DNA from: a virus
DNA: 34,852 bases
Strand: one strand, 5' to 3'
Virus record (IMG/VR): IMGVR_UViG_3300026985_000012
Span: 1 to 34,852 of that record
The position numbers and the translations under genes were made by a program. Each line of letters opens with the position of its first letter. Position 1 is the first letter of the stretch. Shown piece by piece: positions 15,992 through 24,920 of the stretch. The notes beneath the pieces are model-generated. The model searched no databases and was not told the origin of the DNA. It saw only the letters and a program-made list of their open reading frames with translations.

Positions 15992-17175
15992 CCCGACGCT
16001 ACTACCGCTCGGAGATCTCGGAGAGCAGCATCGCCAGCAATCGCCTCGACGCGTCCCGCGCCCAGCTCTCCCGGCAGGGTGTGCTCAACGGGAGCGGCCG
16101 CGTGGAGCGGGTATCGGGCGAGGCCGCGGACATCCGTCTCGACGTCGACTACCGCGGGAAGTTTGCGGAGCGGATGGCCCGCGAGCTGCGGGAGATCCTC
16201 TCGTCGAACGACATCGAGGCGGCGCCCTTTGCAGCCGTCGAGGCGTCGCAACCGTCCGACTCGTACTACACCGCGGAACTCGTCGACGACGAACCGGCGA
16301 TGCCGCAGGCGGCCGGCGCGGTCAGCGTGGGCGCCAACCTGACCGAACAGGGGACGCGCAAGGAGCAGACGATTACCGTCGACACCTCGCCGAGCCAGCC
16401 CTCACCAGGCCACCCGTTCGGTAACGACACCACCGGGTACATCGGCATCCCCGCGGATGCCCGGCGCGTCCGCATCGTCGACTCCACCTCGCAACCCACC
16501 CAACGCTCGCGACCGACGCCGGTCGCGACCGTCGACGCCGAACACGGCGCTATCGACCTGTACGATGCGACCGCGGAGTCGATCGACGAGCCGACCTACC
16601 TGTACGACCTCGCCTACGAGCTCCAGGGCGACGTCGATCCGGGGGTGTGGGACACGTACGGTCATGGCTCGATCCGCGACGCGGACGGCGTCGTCGCGTG
16701 GGGGCGCGTGTTTGCGACGAGTCACGACTTCGGCGCCGACGCGATCGTCCTCGAGAACGGTCTGCTCCGGATCACGATCGACGAGCCGACGAACGCCGAC
16801 GCCACGGCTCTCCTCGAGGCCGAGACCTACGACGCCGGCGCCGACGCCTGGACCACGATCAACCTGCCCAGCTATGACGCCGACTTGGACACGGACTGGC
16901 AGCCGGCGGACGTCGACCTGACGCATATCGGGCAGGCCTCGGTCCGAGCGCAGGTCGAGTTCGAGGCGGTCGCCGGCACCAACCAGGGCGACATCGCGAC
17001 GGTCGACGTCGAGCTCGAGCGCGGCCAATCCGACCTCGAAGTGTGGATCCCGAGGAGCGTGACTGGCGAGCTCCCGCCCGACCTGGAGGCGTTGCTCACC
17101 CCGATCGCGTCGACGAGCATCGTGGACAGTGGCGTCGAGCAGGGGCTCGTCGCTCGCGAGGAGGTGCGTCTGTAG
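15988..17175 (+). CDS. Minor tail protein
   Basis: ATGA overlap; 395 aa beta-rich acidic protein in the tail-tip module. Confidence 0.65.
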   Translation: MTRRYYRSEISESSIASNRLDASRAQLSRQGVLNGSGRVERVSGEAADIRLDVDYRGKFAERMARELREILSSNDIEAAPFAAVEASQPSDSYYTAELVDDEPAMPQAAGAVSVGANLTEQGTRKEQTITVDTSPSQPSPGHPFGNDTTGYIGIPADARRVRIVDSTSQPTQRSRPTPVATVDAEHGAIDLYDATAESIDEPTYLYDLAYELQGDVDPGVWDTYGHGSIRDADGVVAWGRVFATSHDFGADAIVLENGLLRITIDEPTNADATALLEAETYDAGADAWTTINLPSYDADLDTDWQPADVDLTHIGQASVRAQVEFEAVAGTNQGDIATVDVELERGQSDLEVWIPRSVTGELPPDLEALLTPIASTSIVDSGVEQGLVAREEVRL

Positions 17176-18729
17176 ATGCCGACCGAGACGATCACTGCGG
17201 ACACGGACTGGACCGTCCCGGACGGCGTCTTTGCGGTGACCCTGACGCTCGAGGGCGAGCGCGGTGGGTCTGACGACTTTAGCGGGACCGATTACGGCGG
17301 ACCGGGCGGGCGCGTTGTTGGCGAGCTCGAAGTCCGTCCGGGCGAGGTGCTCTACATCCGGGAGACGCCCGGCGGGACCGGTGCTGCGGACGGTGGCGAC
17401 GCGATCGACGTGCGGACCAGCGGCACGTCGCTCGAGGACCGCATCGCCATTGCCGCTGGCGGCGGCGCCGGCGGCGAGGGCTCACAGACCGGGACTGCGT
17501 TCGGTGGCGCCGGCGGCCCGGCGACCGGCGCTGACGGCGAGAACGGCTCGTCGGGTGGGACGCCGCCGACTGGCGGGACACAGTCATCCGGCGGAGCGGG
17601 GTCAGGCGATGGGTCGAACGGGTCGTTCGGCGCCGGCGGCGACGCTGGAACTAACGACTCCAACGCGGGCCACGGCGGCGGTGCCGGGTTGTTCGGCGGT
17701 GGTGGCGGCGAGTCGTCCGGCGTGTTCGGTGGCGTCGGCGACTCGGGCGCCGGCGGGTCGAACTACGTCGACGGGCTCGACAGCGTCATCACGAACGAGC
17801 GGGGGACCTCTGGTCGCGATCACACCGACGGCGGGCTCGTCACGATCGAGTACGAACCAGTCGCACCCGAGAACCTGACACGCTCGGAGACCACCGCTAC
17901 GAGCACCACGGTCACGTGGGATCCACCGACGCTCCCACCGGAGGTCGACTCGCTCGATCTGTACCGCGTCTATCGCGATCTCGGTGCTGGGTCTGTGCGT
18001 ACTGACTACGCCGAGGTCGCCACGCGTGACCCGGGACAGACGACCTACGACGATGTGGGGTTGCTCAACGGGCGGACGTATCACTACCGCGTCGGCGCCG
18101 ATCTCACGGCCCCCGAACTCGACGAGCGGGACAAGCCGACTGCGATACCCGACAGCGGAGTAGAGGACTTCGAGAGCGGGACCCTCGACCCCCAGTGGGT
18201 CGACACATCCTACCTATCCGCTACGACGACACGGCCGTGGAACGGGAGTTATAGCGGCGAATCTGACACTGGCGGATCGACGATCTCCGCACCACTGTAC
18301 GATTGGCAGTTCGGTGGTGGAAATGCTTACCAGTTGGCCTCGTTCTCGATGTTCTACTGGGAACAATCCAGCGGAAATGGGGGCGAAGGCTGGCGATTCG
18401 TCGACGAGAACAACACAATCGCGCTTGGGGTTGCATCAAACAACCCCCAACTTGTTGTTGAGGACAACAACGGGAACGAACAGGTAGCTGATCCATCTTG
18501 GCTTGATACAGAGATGTGGATCAAAGTCGACGTGTCGTTCGATTGGGGTGCCGGAACGTTCGATGTGACATGGACCGACGCGGAAACACAATCAAACTCC
18601 TATGTTGAGAGTGGCCGCCCACTGATTAGCACGTCGCCAGTCGACACGCTGCGCGGGCAGACCTACAACGGCGGTTGGGGTGCGGGACCGACTGTCCACT
18701 GGATCGACGATTTAGAGGTCACAATTTGA
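17176..18729 (+). CDS. Tail adhesin: glycine-rich domain + FN3 + lectin-like C-terminal domain
   Basis: GGPGGRVVGELEVRPGEVLYI and GGxGG runs; FN3 (APENL..TVTWDPP..YRVYR..YDDVGLLNGRTYHYRV) 17863-18108; Trp-rich, more A/T-rich C-terminal part. Confidence 0.8.
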   Translation: MPTETITADTDWTVPDGVFAVTLTLEGERGGSDDFSGTDYGGPGGRVVGELEVRPGEVLYIRETPGGTGAADGGDAIDVRTSGTSLEDRIAIAAGGGAGGEGSQTGTAFGGAGGPATGADGENGSSGGTPPTGGTQSSGGAGSGDGSNGSFGAGGDAGTNDSNAGHGGGAGLFGGGGGESSGVFGGVGDSGAGGSNYVDGLDSVITNERGTSGRDHTDGGLVTIEYEPVAPENLTRSETTATSTTVTWDPPTLPPEVDSLDLYRVYRDLGAGSVRTDYAEVATRDPGQTTYDDVGLLNGRTYHYRVGADLTAPELDERDKPTAIPDSGVEDFESGTLDPQWVDTSYLSATTTRPWNGSYSGESDTGGSTISAPLYDWQFGGGNAYQLASFSMFYWEQSSGNGGEGWRFVDENNTIALGVASNNPQLVVEDNNGNEQVADPSWLDTEMWIKVDVSFDWGAGTFDVTWTDAETQSNSYVESGRPLISTSPVDTLRGQTYNGGWGAGPTVHWIDDLEVTI

Positions 18730-18775
18730 GCGACTCGGTGTCCGGGTATATCCCACCAGATAGCAAACACTAACA

Positions 18776-21700
18776 ATGCCAACCTACCAAAGCGACCTCT
18801 CGACCGAGGTACAGGCGACGACGATCCTGCCGGAGCCGTCGACACCCACTGTCTCGGGCGTCGACGCCGACAGCGCAGCCTACGCGTGGGGCGCCTCCCA
18901 CACGAACGGCGAGACGCGCGTCGATTTCCGTGCGGACGGGGCGAGTGGCTGGACCACCGCGGAGGTCGTCGCCAACGACACCGAGCAGGCGACCCTGTCG
19001 AGCCTCCTCAATGGGCAGCTGTACGATGCCCGCGTCGTCGCGCAGACCTCGGACGCGGAGTCGGCCTCGCCGGTCGCGACGTTCCAGACACTGCTCCCGG
19101 ACGAGCCTCTGCAGCAACTTGACAACGGCGTCCTCGACGAGATCACGGTTGCCCGCGACCCGGCCACCAACAACGGGATCGTCCGCTACCAGATCCGCGA
19201 GGAGGGGTCGTCGACGTGGGACTCGTCGGCCGCGGGGTTCGGCGAGCAGACGGCCGCATTCGACGCCGATGTCATCTTCACGGGGCTCCTCGACGGTGAG
19301 CGCTACGAGGTCCGCGGGCGGACCGAGACGGACTACGTCACCGGGACATGGACCGACCCACTGTCGATCCAGACGCGGTTTCCGGGCTCGGACAACCTCG
19401 ACGTCACTGGCACCACGACGACGAGCGTCACGCTGGGGTGGGACGAGAACGCCGACAACGAGGCCGGTCAACTGGTCATCCGGGAGCGCCGCCTCTCGGA
19501 CGGATCGTGGGGGCGCGAGCGTGAGATCATCGACGCCGGCGTCAACACGGAGACGTACACGGACGACACGGTCCAGCCCGATCGGGAGTACCGCTATCGG
19601 ATCCGGTCGTTTACTGAGCACGCCGAGGCTGAAAGCAACACGACCACGGCGACGACGCCGGCGCTCGGAGATGTCCGCGGCCGGCGCGTGCCGACCACAG
19701 GGCCGTACGTCGAGGTCGAGACGCCCGACCGCGCAGCGCCACTGACGCCGACGATCACGGGGATCGACTGGTCGCCCGATGTCAACACGCGCCCGACGAT
19801 CGAGGTGACGGTGCCGCAGTCCGACCGCTGGGACGCACTCACAGGCGAGCGCATGTGGGTGTGGCTCGACGGCACGCAGCTCCCGATCGACACGCTAGAG
19901 GGAACGCGCAAGACCGAGGGGAGCGGTGGCGCCGCGACGGTCCTGGAGGCGAGTGGCGCCGCGCAGCTCGACGAGTACACTGACGATATCCAGATCGACG
20001 CGCGGGAGAACCATCTCGCCGCCGAGGACCTCATCGCGGAGTACACCGACTACGTCGCCAACGTCGACGACCCGGCGACCGACACACGCTCGGACGTGCT
20101 GATGCTCCAGGAGTCCGGCGCCGCGCTTGAGGAGCTTCTCGTCGACGCGATCGGGGCGACAGACCCGCTCGGAGTCCGCCAGAGCGACGGCATCCGACGG
20201 CTCCAGACCGGGTGGTTCGTCGAGGCTGAGGATACAGAGACCACGCTCGGGTCGTATCTCGCGGAGAACTACGGCGACGCCGGGGCGTGGTCTGGCGGGC
20301 AGGCCCTCCGACTCAACAGCGCCGGCGACGAGTTCGAGGTCTCGTTCGACCTCGATCACGAGGTCCCGCAGAGCGAGCTCGTGTTCGACCTGCTCGAGGC
20401 CGTCGAGGGTGAGTCGCCTGCGTTCGACATCGCGTTCGACGGCAACGTCGTCGAGTCGATTCCGGAGGGTGGGATCGGGAGCGACGCGGACCAGTTCGAC
20501 CTCTCGTGGGGGCCGGGGTTCACGCTCAACGCCAACGGCGCCGTCTCGCCCGGCTCACACTCGGTGACGGTGACGGTGACGCTGAACGACAACAATGCCG
20601 AGCCGACCGGCGACATGTGGGTCGATGCGACGCACGTCCGCGACGATCGCGACTCGTTCACCTTCGACGACACGCCCTCGAACGGCGTCGTCGACGGCCC
20701 CGAGCAGTTCCCGGGCACCATCACCGTCGTGTTCGATGACGTCGGCAGCGTCGAGCAGGTGATCGCCGGCGAGTTCTCCGTCGAGATGTCTAACACCGAC
20801 GGCGATCAGGCAATCGCCATCTCCAACGACGAGGGAAGCACCTGGATCGAGGCGACCAACAGTGAGACGGTCTCCGGGAGCTTCGCGAGCGCGACCCAGC
20901 AGATCCGCGCCCGGGTGACGCTCTCAGGGTACGCGTCTGACCCGTCGCGATCGCCGGCGCAGGCGGACAGCGGCCAGTCCGTCGACAACATCGAGCTGCT
21001 CGCCGACCTCGAGGACACGCCCGTCCTCCTCGACAAGCAGTACCGGGACCGGATCGCGGCCGTCCTCGCGGACATCGCCGAGAACGGGCGCATGGTGTGG
21101 GAGGCGCGCCGCGATCCGGGTGCCGACCCGCACGACCCGACCGGCATCATCATCGAGTGGACGCAGATCGGCCAGCGGTCGCGGGCGTCGGCGGCGCCGG
21201 CGACCAGCCTCGAGACGCGCACCACCATCGAGGACGCCTACGAGCGCGTCGTCGTCTTCGGGAAGAGCAAGGGTGTCCAGGGCGTCACGTGGAGCCAGGG
21301 CGCGAACAGCTCGCTGACCGGGCTCGGGAACGCGTGGATCGTCCCCGACTCCGAGCGCATCTACGACCCCGACACGGACGAGGAGTTCGTGCGCGGCGAC
21401 GACTACCGGATGCGGTGGGACGTCGGCGGGATCGAGATCCTCGACAGCGGGTCGATGAGTACGGGGACGACGTACGCCGCCGACTACGACTACCGCTACC
21501 GGGGCGAGGCAACGACGCCATCCGTTGAGGCGAGCGAGGCGCGCACGGTCGAGCGGCAGATCCCGGGCGCGACCTCCGACCGCGAGTGCGAGCAGCTGGC
21601 GCTGTCCGTGTTGAAGGACGTCCAGGACGAACAGGTGGAGGCGACGCTCACGCTCGTCGAGCCGGCGCCGGACGTGCCGCTCGTCGAGGCGATCTCGCAT

Positions 21701-21850
21701 CCCCGGCTCCCGGAGGGCGCCCAGGAGATCCGCGGGGTGGAGCGGTCCGCGACGTCCGAGCGGACCTACCGACTGGCCAACCGGCGGACGGCCGGGGAGA
21801 TCGTCGACGACCTCCGCGAGGACTACGAGTCGCTGGCCGACGTGGTCTGA
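18776..21850 (+). CDS. Large tail-tip protein with three FN3 repeats and a carbohydrate-binding-like module
   Basis: FN3 signatures LNGQLYDARV, LDGERYEVRG, PDREYRYRIRS; EAED...WSGG..L.L jelly-roll-like segment; C-terminal YERVVVFGK hub-like region. Confidence 0.8.
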   Translation: MPTYQSDLSTEVQATTILPEPSTPTVSGVDADSAAYAWGASHTNGETRVDFRADGASGWTTAEVVANDTEQATLSSLLNGQLYDARVVAQTSDAESASPVATFQTLLPDEPLQQLDNGVLDEITVARDPATNNGIVRYQIREEGSSTWDSSAAGFGEQTAAFDADVIFTGLLDGERYEVRGRTETDYVTGTWTDPLSIQTRFPGSDNLDVTGTTTTSVTLGWDENADNEAGQLVIRERRLSDGSWGREREIIDAGVNTETYTDDTVQPDREYRYRIRSFTEHAEAESNTTTATTPALGDVRGRRVPTTGPYVEVETPDRAAPLTPTITGIDWSPDVNTRPTIEVTVPQSDRWDALTGERMWVWLDGTQLPIDTLEGTRKTEGSGGAATVLEASGAAQLDEYTDDIQIDARENHLAAEDLIAEYTDYVANVDDPATDTRSDVLMLQESGAALEELLVDAIGATDPLGVRQSDGIRRLQTGWFVEAEDTETTLGSYLAENYGDAGAWSGGQALRLNSAGDEFEVSFDLDHEVPQSELVFDLLEAVEGESPAFDIAFDGNVVESIPEGGIGSDADQFDLSWGPGFTLNANGAVSPGSHSVTVTVTLNDNNAEPTGDMWVDATHVRDDRDSFTFDDTPSNGVVDGPEQFPGTITVVFDDVGSVEQVIAGEFSVEMSNTDGDQAIAISNDEGSTWIEATNSETVSGSFASATQQIRARVTLSGYASDPSRSPAQADSGQSVDNIELLADLEDTPVLLDKQYRDRIAAVLADIAENGRMVWEARRDPGADPHDPTGIIIEWTQIGQRSRASAAPATSLETRTTIEDAYERVVVFGKSKGVQGVTWSQGANSSLTGLGNAWIVPDSERIYDPDTDEEFVRGDDYRMRWDVGGIEILDSGSMSTGTTYAADYDYRYRGEATTPSVEASEARTVERQIPGATSDRECEQLALSVLKDVQDEQVEATLTLVEPAPDVPLVEAISHPRLPEGAQEIRGVERSATSERTYRLANRRTAGEIVDDLREDYESLADVV

Positions 21851-21913
21851 CGACCGAGGACCGATGAGCGTCCGCTCCGCGTGGCGGGCGTGAGGCTACG
21901 AGCGCACTCCTTC

Positions 21914-22573
21914 ATGACTGCACCTATCGACACTCTGAGTCGCATCGCTATCCAACACGCCTCCCTCATCGCCCCGGTCGTGGCGATCGTGTTGCTCGTC
22001 GCCGCCCGGCGTCACCTCGGTGGGTGGCCCGACCTGTGGCGAGCTCGGCGTGCCGTCCTGCCGGTCGTGGATCGCCTCGCCGACGGCGACTACGATGACG
22101 AGCTCGATGTCGTCGACGACCGCGTCGGCGTCGACCTCGAGGCCGCGGCCGAGGCGCTCCCCGAGAAGACCGGACTGCCGCTCCAGGCGCGGGAGTTCGT
22201 CGGGACGATCGACGCGGCTCCCGCCGAGGTGCGTGAGGAGCTCCAGTCGATGCCGCGCGTCTACCCGAACACGCTCGCGAGCATCCAGTACGAGGTCGTC
22301 GACGGCGACCGCATCTGGGAGGTTGGCTCCTACGCATACCGGCCGGAAGGCTTTCTGGGTGGCTGGCAGTATCACGTCCGGCTCACCCCGACGCAGGACG
22401 GTCGGACGCGACTCTGGGCGCACTACGAGCGATCGGCGTGGCGCTATCCCGTGCGGCACTACAACGGCGAAGGATGGGACGCCGATCACGGTGTTCGAGA
22501 GGTGGCGTCGTGGTTCGCCAGTGACACGCGGTTCGCGCCGAGCGATCGTGCGGTAGCTATCATCGACATCTAG
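21914..22573 (+). CDS. Membrane-anchored hypothetical protein, last late gene
   Basis: N-terminal TM (LIAPVVAIVLLVAA); WQYHVRL, LWAHYE, PVRHY motifs; ATG 21914 preferred over GTG 21881. Confidence 0.75.
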   Translation: MTAPIDTLSRIAIQHASLIAPVVAIVLLVAARRHLGGWPDLWRARRAVLPVVDRLADGDYDDELDVVDDRVGVDLEAAAEALPEKTGLPLQAREFVGTIDAAPAEVREELQSMPRVYPNTLASIQYEVVDGDRIWEVGSYAYRPEGFLGGWQYHVRLTPTQDGRTRLWAHYERSAWRYPVRHYNGEGWDADHGVREVASWFASDTRFAPSDRAVAIIDI

Positions 22574-22586
22574 GAGTCTCTTCTCA

Positions 22587-23098
22587 CAGACGGCACCACT
22601 TCCGCCGGTCTAGTGGTCTTTTTACGACTGGGAACACAAGTGTCGTCTGCCGGGATACTCGTAGTTATCGTACGAGAAACCGGCACATAGTGGTAGGCAC
22701 CAATACCACGGCTAGGTGATCGGGGAAACCCGTCAACTGAAACCGGTGTGAGCGCCTACGACTCTCACATCCTTTCGCGGTTCTTCAGAAGATGAGTATG
22801 AATGCCCTGGCTCTCGCCAGGGGCCGGAGCTGCCTACGCCCCGGTGGTTCGTGACCGCAGGTACGAGAGCACATAGGCCCCGAAGACGACGAGGAGCCCG
22901 TAGTGCCGCAGGCCTGCGGCAACGAGAGCGGTACCACCAATCGTTCCGGCCACGGCGGTATTCCGCACCGGTGGGAGGTCGACTCTCAACATTCCTTTCT
23001 CGCCGGGTCGGCGTCAGCCGCACCGACTTGCGGGCGCTTTGACACGACCGCTACCATCGGTAGGGGGTGGTCCCCCTAAAAGGTCCGCCACCGTGTCA
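22587..23098. ncRNA. Hairpin-dense non-coding region, candidate structured RNA
   Basis: At least eight stems including CGGG-GAAA-CCCG, CCCTGGC-TCTC-GCCAGGG, an 18-bp palindrome and TAGGGGG-TGGT-CCCCCTA; no halophile-like ORF. Confidence 0.4.
22595..22623 (+). terminator. Candidate late-operon terminator
   Basis: ACCACT/AGTGGT stem followed by TTTTT (22619-22623), ~45 nt after the last late stop codon. Confidence 0.5.
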
Positions 23099-23124
23099 CT
23101 TTGTCTACGCCGGCCGATCACCCG

Positions 23125-23358
23125 TCACGCGAAATCGCCAAGCGCGCCCTGGCCGTCCGCCCGCGTCGTGTCCTGTCCGCGGCGGACCTCCTGACACTCG
23201 GCGCAGAGGAAGTCGCCGGCGATCGTCGTGTGCTCGGTCGCCGTCCCGCAGCGCTCGCAGTGGCCGTCGGCGCAGCTGGTGCAACGCATCTCGCCGTCGA
23301 CCTCGACGAGGACGGCGCCGTTCGATCCGACGCCGCACTCGATACACTCAGTGCTCAT
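23125..23358 (-). CDS. Double zinc-finger protein with C-terminal PIP-box-like motif
   Basis: CIEC, CTSC, CERC, CAEC; ends QGALGDFA. Confidence 0.8.
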   Translation of the reverse strand: MSTECIECGVGSNGAVLVEVDGEMRCTSCADGHCERCGTATEHTTIAGDFLCAECQEVRRGQDTTRADGQGALGDFA

Positions 23359-23587
23359 CGAACTCCCTCCCCATCACGAAGACATCGTAGCCAGCGACCA
23401 GCATCGCGATCCCGAGGGCGGTGAGTAAGAGTTCCTCTCCGTAGCTCCTCGCAGCCGCCGAGAACAGCAGGAGCACGAGGCCGAGCGCGGACAGCTGAAA
23501 GAGCCGGACGAGTAGCCGGTGGACGTACGACACGATGTCCGAGATGACATCGGCCGAGCCGGCGTCGCGATCAGTACACTCAGCCAT
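23348..23587 (-). CDS. Small membrane protein (two TM helices)
   Basis: LLVRLFQLSALGLVLLLFSAAA and LLLTALGIAMLVAGYDVFV. Confidence 0.75.
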   Translation of the reverse strand: MAECTDRDAGSADVISDIVSYVHRLLVRLFQLSALGLVLLLFSAAARSYGEELLLTALGIAMLVAGYDVFVMGREFDEH

Positions 23588-24209
23588 CGACCATCGCGTC
23601 GCGGGCGCGCTTCAGCTCGGCGACGTCGTACGCCTCGTTGCCGCCCTGATCGGCGTGGCCCTCCTTCACGAGCTCGCGGAACGCGCCCTTCACGACCGGA
23701 TCGGGCGCACCCTCAGCCACACCGAGGACCTCGTGCGGGTCGCGATCGGGCTCGGGCTCGACGGCGATCACGTCCGGACCCGACTCGTCACCAGGCGGCA
23801 GGCGAGCCGTCGCGAACTCGTCGTGGCCGGTCTTCACCGGGCGGTCCGACATCCGTCGCTTCTCCTCGACGTACAGCCCGATCGTGCGGATGTTGTCGCG
23901 AAGGTCGGTGTAGCGGTCACACGCGACCGCGTACTGCTCGCCGTCCTTCGTCCACCGGGCTACGGCACCGGGATCGTCCGGGTTCGAGTCGGCGTATGGA
24001 AGCCCGTCGGACTTCCGGTGTGGGGCGGCCGTGGAGAGCCGCCAGTCGTCCGCGCCGACTCGGTCGAGCAGCTCGGTGTCGAGCCGGGAGATCGCCTCGT
24101 GCTTCGTGACGGAGTACTTCGACGTCCGCTCGCGCCGCCGCGGCGAGGTGCGCTCGGCGAACGCCGGCCAGTCGAGCTCGCCGGCCGTCCGGTCAGTCGT
24201 CGACGGCAT
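23580..24209 (-). CDS. Phage-type protein with C-terminal J (DnaJ) domain, HPD changed to HAD
   Basis: DPHEVLGV......VKGAFRELVKEGHADQGG; N-domain DPGAVARW...ACDRY..LRDN; GGAGG SD before ATG at 24209. Confidence 0.85.
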   Translation of the reverse strand: MPSTTDRTAGELDWPAFAERTSPRRRERTSKYSVTKHEAISRLDTELLDRVGADDWRLSTAAPHRKSDGLPYADSNPDDPGAVARWTKDGEQYAVACDRYTDLRDNIRTIGLYVEEKRRMSDRPVKTGHDEFATARLPPGDESGPDVIAVEPEPDRDPHEVLGVAEGAPDPVVKGAFRELVKEGHADQGGNEAYDVAELKRARDAMVDG

Positions 24210-24384
24210 CGATCTCCTCCAGCGTTGTCGCGTTCTCGTGGAGCTCGAGCACGCGCTCCTTCGCGTCGGCCGCCTTCGACGCGCACTCGTTCGAGTCGCC
24301 CCTCGCTGCGGCCTCGGTCGCATCGGCGAGGTCGCGGTAGGTCTCCTCGAGGGCGCCCTCGTCGATGACGATCGGGTTAGCCAT
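24193..24384 (-). CDS. Hypothetical helical protein (63 aa)
   Basis: Acidic, coupled by overlaps within the leftward operon. Confidence 0.7.
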   Translation of the reverse strand: MANPIVIDEGALEETYRDLADATEAAARGDSNECASKAADAKERVLELHENATTLEEIDAVDD

Positions 24385-24568
24385 CGTTGATGTCCTCCGT
24401 GAGGCAGGCTTCGTTACAGTAGTACTCCTCGCTGTACTCGGTGACGCCGTTGTACCGCACCACGACGTGGGTATCCATCCCGGGCGTGGTAACGACCGGG
24501 TCGCCGCAGTTGCCGCAGGGTTCGGTGTGATCGAGTTCCGCCTCCTTACGTTCTGCTACGTCACCCAT
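24377..24568 (-). CDS. Treble-clef-type zinc-finger protein
   Basis: CGNC ... YCNEAC. Confidence 0.75.
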   Translation of the reverse strand: MGDVAERKEAELDHTEPCGNCGDPVVTTPGMDTHVVVRYNGVTEYSEEYYCNEACLTEDINDG

Positions 24569-24920
24569 CTCCGATCACCTCGCAGGCCGCCCGGACGTGG
24601 CGGCGGAGCGCGTCGACGTCCTGTTCCTCGATCGCCTCGCCCGCAGCGCGGACGTGCCGCTTCAACTCTTCGACGTCGTCCTCCTGGTCGCCGTCGTCGC
24701 GAGGGTCGTCGACGAGCTCCCAGAGCCCGCGGGCAAGGTTCTCGACGTGCCCGTGCTCATCGAGCCGCCGGAGCCGCTGGTTGATGTAGGTCTGCTCGAC
24801 GTCCGTTTGCTCCGAGAGGTAGCTGGGGGATGCTCGGCCCTCATGGAGCGCGTCGAGGATCTCTCGGTCCGCCTCGTTCAATTGCCGTGGTTCAAGCACT
24901 GGCTGGGCTTTCGCCGCCAT
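24561..24920 (-). CDS. Winged-HTH repressor (phiH1 repressor/MarR-like), repressor A
   Basis: LNEADREILDALHEGRASPSYLSEQTDVEQTYINQRLRRLDEHGHVENLARGLWEL; divergent from an early operon. Confidence 0.85.
   Translation of the reverse strand: MAAKAQPVLEPRQLNEADREILDALHEGRASPSYLSEQTDVEQTYINQRLRRLDEHGHVENLARGLWELVDDPRDDGDQEDDVEELKRHVRAAGEAIEEQDVDALRRHVRAACEVIGDG

Noticed and set aside
22733-23042. ORFs 22733-23023 (-) and 22851-23042 (+) in the structured gap
   Set aside because: Arg-rich, non-acidic, no SD or overlap coupling.
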